A stretch of DNA of 64,000 nt from an uncultured Verrucomicrobiae bacterium (lineage in GTDB: Bacteria > Verrucomicrobiota > Verrucomicrobiia > Chthoniobacterales > Terrimicrobiaceae): positions 32,001 to 96,000 of the forward strand of contig CAVPOC010000008.1 of the NCBI GenBank assembly GCA_963706955.1. The letters run 5' to 3'. Below the pieces are notes generated by a model. It was given only the letters and a program-made list of their open reading frames with translations, was not told the DNA's origin and searched no databases. The position numbers and the translations under genes were made by a program. Positions within the stretch are counted from its first letter, which is position 1. The number at the start of each line of letters is the position of its first letter. Positions 45,721 through 54,470 of the stretch are shown here, in pieces.

Positions 45721-47052
45721 TTATCCGCGTTTGAGGAAGCTCCGCAACGCAGCGGCCGCCAAGTCTATTACGTAGGAGATTTGCGTCTCTCGGTTCCAGT
45801 TTTTTGGAACCCGAATCCCACCGAATTTACGGATCTGCCTGAGGTAAGCCTTCTTCTCAGCAGCGGAGAGCGTGGCCGCAAAATCATAGCCCGTTCTCAA
45901 CCCTCGATTGTAGGCGTTGACCCGGATGACGTCCGTCGCTTCATCCATAGCGTTAATTCGGAGCACGGACCACCTTCCGAAGAGCTCGCGGGCTTGCCCC
46001 CATGTCCAGTTGAGGAGGCCCATAACAAAACCCTGAGACAACCCCGAAACCGTGTTCTCGTTCTTAACCGCCTCGCGAGCTGCATAATAGCCCGAGCCGA
46101 GAGCCACGAAAACGCCCACCATGGTAAGTACAGGCAGCGCTCCTGCGACGACTGCACCTGCACCTCCACCTAGCACCGATGCGCCCTCGACGGCACCTGC
46201 GCCGGCGGCGCCACCGCCGGCGGCGCCACCGCCGCCTCCGCCCGGCGTCGGTCCCCGGGGCCTAGCCGTATCGATTTCGCCGCTCGTTTGGTTTGATGGA
46301 ATGTATTTCCCCACCTCTCTCGACATGGCCGCGCGCCGAGCTTGGCGGACCGGCTCGGGGATGGTCCCCGCACGTGGCCACTCGCGCGTCGGCATCGTCT
46401 TCGAAGTCGCTCTGAGCGGCGAACCACGTTGGCCGCAGCCGTCGGACTGCTGCACGACATGGGTTAACTCATGGGCCAGCAATCGTCGCCCCTCGCGAGT
46501 CCGCGGGTCGAACTCCCCCGCACCAAACACCAGCGATGTTACCAACGGTGTAGGCACGGGCATTTACATCCCGCGCCGATTGTTCGGCCGCTGGGCCGAG
46601 ATGTACGCGAACCCGCGAAAAGTCGTAGCCCAAAGCGCTGTTCCATTTCCCGCTGTATCGTCGGGTCGAGTGGTTTGCCGGCGCTGGCGAGGGCCGCTCC
46701 ACACTGGCAGGTGCGCTGGCTGTTTCAGCGACAGGTTGCGCGACAACGCGGTGGATGCCCGGTGCGCCACTCACGAGCGCGGGAGTCTGCGTAGCCTGAA
46801 CTTGGTCGGAAATTCGGTCTGCTTCTCGTTCGTAGACATCCCCGGGCTTGTTAACCTTAAGTTTGGCTTGAATGATCCTCGACCTGAGCAGCTGTCCCAT
46901 CCCGCGATTCCCGATCGTTCGTTTGTAGGAAAGCAATTTGATCGACGGGTGAACGCGCGGGCGCCGGAAAATTGTTTCTGTTTACATGAAGAGGGGAATT
47001 CCCCTTCCTTGACTCATGATGTTTTGGCCCATGCTCTAGCGCCTGCGCTCAT
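45721..47052 (-). CDS. DUF4157 effector E with Gly-rich linker, TM helix and helical C-terminus; several frameshifts
   Basis: [56 protein letters not shown]. Confidence 0.8.
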
Positions 47053-47112
47053 CTTTTCCTCGGTTCTGCGGCGGGCTCCCGAGAACCGCTTTAGATAGCC
47101 CCTCTCCCCGTA

Positions 47113-47141
47113 AATATGCTGACGATCGTCCGGTAGATCAA
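47113..47141 (-). promoter_or_regulatory. effector E promoter
   Basis: Minus strand TTGATC-N17-CATATT, at about the same distance from ATG as in A, B and D. Confidence 0.55.
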
Positions 47142-47479
47142 GCGGTAACGTAGAGAGGCTCGTCCATCCCGGTTTTTCACAAACGATTGCCGCAAAGCAG
47201 CACGACGGCATCTTAAGAAATGGCTTCGAACGGAAGCCTTTTAGGGACTTCAACTTGCGCAGGAGCCTTTAGAAAGTCCAATCGCTGCTGACTGTACGCC
47301 GCTTGGCGACTCTCCCGCGCCTTCTAACCAACAGAGCACGTTCAGAGCTTGACTCCTTCAAACTTTCTTCCAGCATCGTGAGCGGAATGAAAGCGTCTCG
47401 GCGTTCGCGTGCGCGTGACGCTCGAAAATTGAGTTCTAACGCAGCGACTGAAAGCGCGCAAGGGAGAGGGACGGAGCTG

Positions 47480-49750
47480 GTGGGGGCTATTGCAGCCGAG
47501 GGCACGGACGCAGCAACAGGGGAGCCACCAGAGCGGTACCAGACAGGTTGGGAGCATCTCTTCGATGAGCTTCGACGCTTGGATTTGCTGATTTCTTGTC
47601 GGCTGCCTAAGCAAGGGGCGGACCCAGGAACAGCGATACCTCTCCAGGAATTCAAGGGTCTGGTGCTGACGGAGGAGGAGATTCGGAGATTGCTAGGCGA
47701 TCCGCTCAACAACTCGCCATCAGAAGCGCATCAAGACACCGATGATTTACCGACGCGGCATCTTCAAGTGGCCCTCGGCCACGTATCCTCCCACATTCAG
47801 GCGCGACGGATCGCGAGCTTGCACGACGGAATCTATTTGCCGTTGCCTTATCTCGCGCAACTCTTCCAGCTGACCGCCTTTGAAGAACAATGTCTCCTCA
47901 TTTGCCTGGCTCCCGAATTGGACCGCAAATACGAGAAACTCTACGCCTACTTGCAGGATGACGTCACGCGCAAGAAACCGAGTGTGGACCTCATCCTGAA
48001 GTTGCTCTGTCAAACGCTGCCCGAGAAGCTCGCAGCTCGCCTGGCCTTCGATCCTAGTTCTCCTCTGATCAGATACCGCCTTTTGCAGATGACCGATGTC
48101 TCATCGGACGGACCATCGCCGTTGATTTCACGCTTCCTGAAACTCGACGACCGGATCGCAAATTTCCTTATTGGCTTCGGGCAAATCCACGCTCGGCTTG
48201 AAATATTTGCCCGGCTTGTCTCCGGGCAGGCGAAGCTCGATGAAGTGCCCGTGAACGAGCAGATCCAGAGCCGTATCCGGAGCGCCATTGACTGGCACTA
48301 CAAGCAGGAACCTTCCCGCCGTGAACCGATCGTCTTCCATTTCAGCGGACCGTATGGTTCCGGGAAGCGTTTGCTCGCGCAGGCCATTTGCGATGAAGTC
48401 AAGTTGCCTGTCTTGCTCGTCGAGTCGGATAGAATGGCGGCCGGGCAGATTCCCTTGGAGGAGGCACTATGGTTACTGGGCCGAGAGGCGGCGCTACAAT
48501 CGGCTGCACTCTGCTTCCAGGATTTTGATTCGCTGCTCGTGGACGATAAACAAGCGCTCCTGGTCAAGTCGCTTCTCGAGGTAACCAAGACCTTTTCTCT
48601 TACTCTCTTTCTTCTCGGCCGTCGAACTTGGAAGCCTCTTGGGCTCCTCAATGATCTCGCCTTCGTCGTCTGCGAGATCCCAATTCCCGACGATGGGATT
48701 AGAAAGAGCCTCTGGAAAGGCCACCTGAACGGACGATCACCGCTCGCGTCTGACGCAGACGCGGGAGCACTTGCCAGCAAATTCCGATTGACGCCGGGCC
48801 AGATCCAGGACGCCTTGGCGGCAGCTGGAAATCTCGCCCGGTGGCGCTCGCCGGAGATTGGCACCCTCACTGCCGAAGATCTTCATGCTGCATGCCGCGC
48901 CCAGTCGGACCCAAAGCTAAACACCCTCGCGCGAAAAGTCCGGCCCGTCCATGGTTGGAAGGACATTGTGCTGCCCGCTGACGCGCTGGCGCAGCTCACC
49001 GAAATGTGCCAGCGAGTCGCGCAAAGTTACCGCGTGCTGGGCGAGTGGGGCTTTGCGTCCAAGCTGTCGACGGGCAGAGGCGTGAACGCCCTGTTTGCAG
49101 GCCCGAGCGGCACAGGCAAGACGATGGCGGCTGGAATTCTCGCCCAGGAGCTCGGACTCGAGCTCTACAAGATCGATCTCTCGCAAGTTGTCAGCAAATA
49201 CATCGGGGAAACCGAAAAGAATCTCGATTCCATTTTCACCGGGGCCGAAAACAGCAATATTATCCTGTTTTTCGACGAGGCCGATGCGCTCTTTGGTAAA
49301 CGCTCCGAAGTTCGTGATTCTCACGATCGCTATGCCAACATCGAGATTTCCTATCTCCTCCAAAAAATGGAGGAGTATGAGGGAGTGGCCATTCTGGCGA
49401 CCAATTTGCGCCAAAATCTCGATGAGGCCTTTGTCCGGCGTTTAGCCTTTTCGATCAATTTCCCATTCCCTGACGAGGGGGACCGGCGCCTTATCTGGTC
49501 CGGCATCTGGCCCGATGGAATGTCTTTCGCCAACAACGTAGATTTCGATCTCCTGGCGCGGCAATTTAAGCTTAGCGGCGGGAATATTAAGAATGTCGCC
49601 CTCGCGGCTGCTTTCCTCGCCGCCGCCGACGGTGGCATCGTCAACATTTCCCACCTGCTTCACGCAGTCCGACGGGAGTTTCAGAAGCTTGGCAAAGTTG
49701 TGACGGAATTCGACCTCCGAGACGCTTCCAGCGAACCGCTAACAAAATAA
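47480..49750 (+). CDS. eCIS AAA+ ATPase (Afp15/Pvc15-like)
   Basis: LAPELDRKYEKLYAYLQDD, GPSGTGKT, SKYIGETEKNL, FFDEADALFGKRSEV, DEAFVRR; start uncertain (open from 47303). Confidence 0.93.
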   Translation: MGAIAAEGTDAATGEPPERYQTGWEHLFDELRRLDLLISCRLPKQGADPGTAIPLQEFKGLVLTEEEIRRLLGDPLNNSPSEAHQDTDDLPTRHLQVALGHVSSHIQARRIASLHDGIYLPLPYLAQLFQLTAFEEQCLLICLAPELDRKYEKLYAYLQDDVTRKKPSVDLILKLLCQTLPEKLAARLAFDPSSPLIRYRLLQMTDVSSDGPSPLISRFLKLDDRIANFLIGFGQIHARLEIFARLVSGQAKLDEVPVNEQIQSRIRSAIDWHYKQEPSRREPIVFHFSGPYGSGKRLLAQAICDEVKLPVLLVESDRMAAGQIPLEEALWLLGREAALQSAALCFQDFDSLLVDDKQALLVKSLLEVTKTFSLTLFLLGRRTWKPLGLLNDLAFVVCEIPIPDDGIRKSLWKGHLNGRSPLASDADAGALASKFRLTPGQIQDALAAAGNLARWRSPEIGTLTAEDLHAACRAQSDPKLNTLARKVRPVHGWKDIVLPADALAQLTEMCQRVAQSYRVLGEWGFASKLSTGRGVNALFAGPSGTGKTMAAGILAQELGLELYKIDLSQVVSKYIGETEKNLDSIFTGAENSNIILFFDEADALFGKRSEVRDSHDRYANIEISYLLQKMEEYEGVAILATNLRQNLDEAFVRRLAFSINFPFPDEGDRRLIWSGIWPDGMSFANNVDFDLLARQFKLSGGNIKNVALAAAFLAAADGGIVNISHLLHAVRREFQKLGKVVTEFDLRDASSEPLTK

Positions 49751-49860
49751 GCCTATTGCGACTGTGTCCCCTAAGGAAAAAGATTCCCGCGCTGATCGCG
49801 CAATTATAGAGTGGCGACTTTAACTCTCCAGAACTTCGACGAGTTGAGACGACAACGAGC

Positions 49861-50715
49861 ATGATTGACGATCTGAGCCAGACCCTGCGAACCATCTTGA
49901 CCCGAAGCGGCAACGATCCGCTCAAGTCAGCGCAGATTGTCTTTGACCGGCCCGCGGACCCATTCACACCGCAGCAGACGACGGTGGATTTGTTTCTCTA
50001 CGACATTCGGGAGGATGTGGAGCTTCGGAGAAACGAGCCTGTGTTCGAGCGCATCAATGGACAGGTTATCACGCATGTGCCCGCATTGCGTGTCGCGTGC
50101 TCTTATCTAGTAACCGCGTGGCCCGGCGGGGAGACTGGCGATGCAGCGGCTTTGCTCGAGCAACGATTGCTGAGCCAGACGCTGCAGGTCTTTGCTGCTC
50201 AGCCGACCATCGACCCTAAGTTCTTGCAAGGTAGTCTCAAAGGGCAGGAGCCCCCATTGCCATTAGTGACCGCGCTGGTGGATCCGCAGAAGAACTTGTC
50301 GGAATTCTGGACCGCACTGGGCAACAAGTTGCGGCCGTCGCTCACCGTAAAGGCCACTATCTCTATCACGGATCTGATTCCGCCAAAAACCGAGCCGATG
50401 GTGCTCATCGAGCATCTGCGATCGGGAATTCGATCCTCCCCCGGCGAGGAGAGCATCATCCCCGCAACGCTTGAAAAGAACTTTCGCATTGGCGGGCGGG
50501 TTAGCGATGCGTCCAGTCGGCCGGTTGGAGCGGCGATTGTTACCGTTGTCGAGCTCGGCCTGACCAGCCGCACCGACGCCGATGGGCGCTTTGTCTTGGG
50601 AACGATGAAAGCGGGTGACTTTACCGTGAGAGTAAAAACCGATACTGCCACGAGCGTCTTTCCAATTAGAGTTCCCGCTCCCACGGGAGAGGACTACAAC
50701 ATTCAACTAACGTAA
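49861..50715 (+). CDS. DUF4255 cap/terminator protein (Afp16/Pvc16-like) with C-terminal carboxypeptidase-regulatory-like domain
   Basis: VDLFLYDIRED, SYLVTAW, FWTALG..LRPSL; TDADGRF. Confidence 0.9.
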   Translation: MIDDLSQTLRTILTRSGNDPLKSAQIVFDRPADPFTPQQTTVDLFLYDIREDVELRRNEPVFERINGQVITHVPALRVACSYLVTAWPGGETGDAAALLEQRLLSQTLQVFAAQPTIDPKFLQGSLKGQEPPLPLVTALVDPQKNLSEFWTALGNKLRPSLTVKATISITDLIPPKTEPMVLIEHLRSGIRSSPGEESIIPATLEKNFRIGGRVSDASSRPVGAAIVTVVELGLTSRTDADGRFVLGTMKAGDFTVRVKTDTATSVFPIRVPAPTGEDYNIQLT

Positions 50716-50760
50716 CTAAAGACTAACAACCCCGGAAACGGGCAACCTAAAAGAACTATC

Positions 50761-52152
50761 ATGCCACAGTACTCATCACCAGGTGTCTATGTCGAAGAGG
50801 CGCCGCCATTAGCCCGTCCGATCGCAGGTGTCGGGACCAGCACCGTAGGTTTCATTGGCCTCGTCCCGGCTCAGTTCGACATCCCGCTGAAAAGAGTCAC
50901 CGGAGAACAGGTCAAGGGCGCCGATAGCACGAAAACAGAGCTTCCGCTGCTGAGCTATCCCGTGCTAACCACCGCAAAGACTTTTAAGGTCCGCGTGGAC
51001 GATGAAGAGCTCGCCGCGCAATTGCTGAATGATGATGCCAGCAAGACTGCCAAGGTAAAATTCGCGAACGCTCCAGCGAAGGAAGCCACCATCAAGGCGG
51101 AGTATCTGACCGTTGCGCGCTTTAAGGCAGTCGAAGCGGGCAAGGCGATCCTCTGCACTAACTTTGGTGAGTTCGCCAAATCCTTTGGGGAGTTTTCCAC
51201 GGACAAAAACCAGCAGATGCTGGCACATTCGGTGCACGGGTTCTTCAACAACGGCGGGACCCGTTGCTACGTCATGCGCTTCGCTGCAGAAGCAGATATC
51301 CAGCGCGACGCTCTCGACGAGTTCGCCGCCATCGATGAGATTTCGCTTGTTGCCGCTCCCGGGATTGTCTCGGAAGGGGTTCAGGAAATGCTTATTGATT
51401 TCTGCGAATCGCTTAAAGATCGCTTCGCCATTTTGGATGGCACCCAGCAGGCAAACAACCCCGAGTTCACTAAGACAAAGATTCAAGGCCAAACTAAGGA
51501 TAGCTCCTATGCGGCGATTTATTTCCCTTGGCTTAGAGTGGACGACTTCACCGGAAGGCTCGTCTCGCCAGACGATCCGCAGAGAGAGCCTCTCTTTGTC
51601 GCCCCCAGTGGTCACATCGCTGGAGTCTACGCGCAGGTGGATGGGGCGCGAGGAGTGCACAAGGCGCCCGCCAATGTCGCCATTCGTGGCGCACTCGATG
51701 TTCAGCATGCCTTAACGAAGGCTCATCAAGAGGGCCTCAATCCGCCAGGTGTCAATTGCATCCGTAATTTGAATGGAAATATCTATGTTTGGGGAGCCCG
51801 AACCATGGGTGGAGACGCCAATGGTGAGTTCAAGTACATAAGCACGAGACGCCTCATGAATTTCTTGCGAGAGTCCATCGAAGAGGGGACGCAATTTGTG
51901 GTTTTCGAACCCAACAATCCCGGGCTTTGGCAGCGAATCAAGCGCTCGGTAGGGGATTTTCTATTAGGCCAATGGAGAACAGGCGCACTTCTCGGTGACA
52001 CACCCGACAAAGCGTTCTTTGTCAAATGCGATGCCGAGACGAACCCTCCGGACGTGCGGGAAGCCGGCCAAGTGGTGACCGAGATTGGGGTGGCCATCGT
52101 CAAACCGGCCGAGTTTGTCATCTTCCGCATCCAGCAACAAACCGGTGGTTGA
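50761..52152 (+). CDS. contractile tail sheath protein
   Basis: YSSPGVYVEE, FFNNGG, GVHKAPAN, VWGART, FEPN, KPAEFVIFRI. Confidence 0.97.
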   Translation: MPQYSSPGVYVEEAPPLARPIAGVGTSTVGFIGLVPAQFDIPLKRVTGEQVKGADSTKTELPLLSYPVLTTAKTFKVRVDDEELAAQLLNDDASKTAKVKFANAPAKEATIKAEYLTVARFKAVEAGKAILCTNFGEFAKSFGEFSTDKNQQMLAHSVHGFFNNGGTRCYVMRFAAEADIQRDALDEFAAIDEISLVAAPGIVSEGVQEMLIDFCESLKDRFAILDGTQQANNPEFTKTKIQGQTKDSSYAAIYFPWLRVDDFTGRLVSPDDPQREPLFVAPSGHIAGVYAQVDGARGVHKAPANVAIRGALDVQHALTKAHQEGLNPPGVNCIRNLNGNIYVWGARTMGGDANGEFKYISTRRLMNFLRESIEEGTQFVVFEPNNPGLWQRIKRSVGDFLLGQWRTGALLGDTPDKAFFVKCDAETNPPDVREAGQVVTEIGVAIVKPAEFVIFRIQQQTGG

Positions 52153-52190
52153 TAACTTAGCAATTAACGAAACGAAAAAGAAAACATCCT

Positions 52191-52619
52191 ATGGCAAGAG
52201 TTGATCCTTATAAAAACTTTAGATTTCTCGTGGAACTCGACGGCATTGTGCAAGCCGGCTTCACCGATTGCTCGGGCTTCGGCTCGGAGGTGGAGGTTGT
52301 GGAATATCGCGAGGGTGGCGATCCGAACCAGGTGCGCAAGTTGCCCGCCAAGACAACTTATCCGAACATTACACTCAAGTGGGGGGTAACCGACTCGCAC
52401 GAACTCTACGATTGGCACCTGGCGGCCCTGCAAGGCCAACTGCAGCGCAAGAACGGTTCGATCGTCCTGCAAGATGACATTGGACAGGAGAAGCTCCGCT
52501 GGAACTTTTTCAACGCGTGGCCCAGCAAGTGGGAGGGATCGGCTCTCAGCGCCAAAGGCAACGATGCGGCCATTGAGACACTCACCGTGAGTTGCGAAAG
52601 ACTCGAACGAGCAAAGTAA
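52191..52619 (+). CDS. tail tube protein (T4 gp19-like, Afp1)
   Basis: DPYKNFRFLVE, EYREGG, ITLKWG, RWNFFNAWPSKW. Confidence 0.96.
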   Translation: MARVDPYKNFRFLVELDGIVQAGFTDCSGFGSEVEVVEYREGGDPNQVRKLPAKTTYPNITLKWGVTDSHELYDWHLAALQGQLQRKNGSIVLQDDIGQEKLRWNFFNAWPSKWEGSALSAKGNDAAIETLTVSCERLERAK

Positions 52620-52632
52620 GAGAACGGCAACG

Positions 52633-52998
52633 ATGTTCGAAACCGAATATGAGTTTACCCTTCCGCGAGGCTATCAGGACCCTCAAGGCGATCTTCATCG
52701 CGACGGGGTGATGCGACTTGCGACCGCGGCCGATGAGATTCTGCCGCTCAAGGATCCGCGCGTGCAGGCGAACCCTGCCTATTTGGTGGTGATTCTCCTC
52801 TCTCGCGTAATTACGCGACTGGGTTCACTTGATGCCATCAACCCAAAAGTGATTGAGGGGCTGTTCGCATCGGACTTAGCCTACATCCAGGACTTCTACA
52901 ATCGGATCAACGGCAATGGCAGTTCGGTGATAAAGGTTGTCTGTCCCCATTGTGAGAAAGGGTTTGAGGTGGAGCCAGAGCGCCTGGGAAAATCATAG
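52633..52998 (+). CDS. tail assembly chaperone-like protein
   Basis: TEYEFTLPRGY, GVMRLATAADEI, LFASDLAY, CPHC; lies right after the tube gene. Confidence 0.8.
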   Translation: MFETEYEFTLPRGYQDPQGDLHRDGVMRLATAADEILPLKDPRVQANPAYLVVILLSRVITRLGSLDAINPKVIEGLFASDLAYIQDFYNRINGNGSSVIKVVCPHCEKGFEVEPERLGKS

Positions 52999-53036
52999 GC
53001 TACCCCCTCGGGCAGCTTTACGAGGAGGTAGCCTAT
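52986..53036 (+). promoter_or_regulatory. programmed -1 frameshift signal (slippery heptamer plus hairpin)
   Basis: G GGA AAA in frame at 52986-52992; stem ATAGGCTACC-C-CCTCG / CGAGG-A-GGTAGCCTAT at 52995-53036. Confidence 0.8.
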
Positions 53037-53147
53037 CTCGCTTCTCACTTTCACTGGCAGCACGAGCAGTTGGTATCGCTGGATCATAGGGAACGTCGCC
53101 GGTGGGTGGAGGAGGTCAACAAAATGCAGCGTTCGACAAGCAGATGA
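52992..53147 (+). CDS. DUF6760-like ORF without a start codon (frameshift extension of the chaperone)
   Basis: IIGYPLGQLYEEVAYLASHFHWQHEQLVSLDHRERRRWVEEVNKMQRSTSR*, in the -1 frame. Confidence 0.85.
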   Translation: MIGYPLGQLYEEVAYLASHFHWQHEQLVSLDHRERRRWVEEVNKMQRSTSR

Positions 53148-53150
53148 CGC

Positions 53151-54470
53151 ATGGTAGCTGAAGCAACATCACAGATTCGAGAACAGGGCTTCGCACCCTC
53201 CGCGGGTATTCATCGCCGTCAGGCGTGGCGTCCGGTGGGACTTCGAGGCGTCGAATCCATTCTCTCGGGCATAGCCACTCGCAGCAAATCCTTTGCGAGT
53301 CACAGAGCACGTCTAACCGCTTGGTACCAGCAGTTCGTGCAGCGGAGCCAGCCGCTTACCGGATGGCAGCCTTTGCTCACGGCACCGTCGGAGGTCCCCC
53401 ACTCCCAGGCATCATTTGGCAGCGCTCAGTCGGCAGAGCGGATCTCCAGAGGAGAGCCTTCAATGATCTCAAAAGACCTGCGCGTTACTCGGCCCATGAG
53501 CGGTCCCCAAGAACAGATGTCGGCAGCACCTCCCCACCAATTTATCGAACAGCCAAGACGGCAGGAGCCTTTCGTTTTGCCTCGATCCATAACCGGGTCG
53601 ATGCACACAGCCGACAGATCGACACCTCCAAGCGACCGCCTGGTCGGCGACTTCTCCAAGCCGGATGAACCGAAGGAGTCAGCTGTTGAGCCGGTGGCCC
53701 CCTCAACGGGCAAGAAGACCGCCGAGAGCGGCGCCCTGCGCGCTCATCCCCTCGAAAAGAGGCGCCTCCCTGCTAGCCCCGCTGAACAAATATCGATCCC
53801 GCCGCCGCCACGAGATGGAGAACAATCTCTCGCCCGTCCCGCAATGCAACTGGCCATTCTTCGACCCTTAAACACCGCGGCGGGCACGGTGAAGCGAATA
53901 GAATCGCGTCCACTCTCTTCCGGCAACGGCACATTCTTGGCCCAAGGAACGACAGACTTCGGCGGAGCCCAACGCTCGCCGGAAGCGAAGCTACCCGCGG
54001 TGCAAACCCGTCTCGTCTCAAGTGTGTCGTCCTTGCCGCGTCAGGAAGTGCGCGGCGGCTTTCCTCTCAGTGTGAATGCGGAGTTTCGTCGTGACGCAGA
54101 CACTTCGTCCGAAGATCCGGTTAGGGTGTCCGTTCGCGATAGCTCAGCAGTTCGGCCTGACGGAGGGCCGGAACCCGTTTCACTCCCTCGCCCGCCACAA
54201 GCGAAGATTCCCGGACCGCTCGCTCTCTCGACCGTGACGCTGCCTGAAGTTCAAATACGCCTGTTGAGGCGTGATGAGCCGGCTTCCGCAACTCAGTCTT
54301 CGGGCAACAATGTCGGCACCGGCGGGCGATCGACGATTCAGCTTCCAAAACCGCAACCACCTGTGCCCGCTGCTCCGCCGCCGCTGGATATCAACGCCGT
54401 GGCCGACAAGGTCTACCAAGCGCTGCAACGGCGCCATCAACTGGAGCGGGAGAGGAGAGGACTCTACTGA
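53151..54470 (+). CDS. Pro/Ser-rich eCIS protein, candidate tape measure
   Basis: Low complexity; C-terminal LDINAVADKVYQALQRRHQLERERRG helix of the kind seen in CIS loci. Confidence 0.65.
   Translation: MVAEATSQIREQGFAPSAGIHRRQAWRPVGLRGVESILSGIATRSKSFASHRARLTAWYQQFVQRSQPLTGWQPLLTAPSEVPHSQASFGSAQSAERISRGEPSMISKDLRVTRPMSGPQEQMSAAPPHQFIEQPRRQEPFVLPRSITGSMHTADRSTPPSDRLVGDFSKPDEPKESAVEPVAPSTGKKTAESGALRAHPLEKRRLPASPAEQISIPPPPRDGEQSLARPAMQLAILRPLNTAAGTVKRIESRPLSSGNGTFLAQGTTDFGGAQRSPEAKLPAVQTRLVSSVSSLPRQEVRGGFPLSVNAEFRRDADTSSEDPVRVSVRDSSAVRPDGGPEPVSLPRPPQAKIPGPLALSTVTLPEVQIRLLRRDEPASATQSSGNNVGTGGRSTIQLPKPQPPVPAAPPPLDINAVADKVYQALQRRHQLERERRGLY

Noticed and set aside
36257..47052. CRISPR array or DGR behind the repeated sequences
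   Set aside because: The repeats are diverged coding paralogs hundreds of bp long; no short repeat-spacer periodicity, no reverse transcriptase, no adenine-specific TR/VR pair seen
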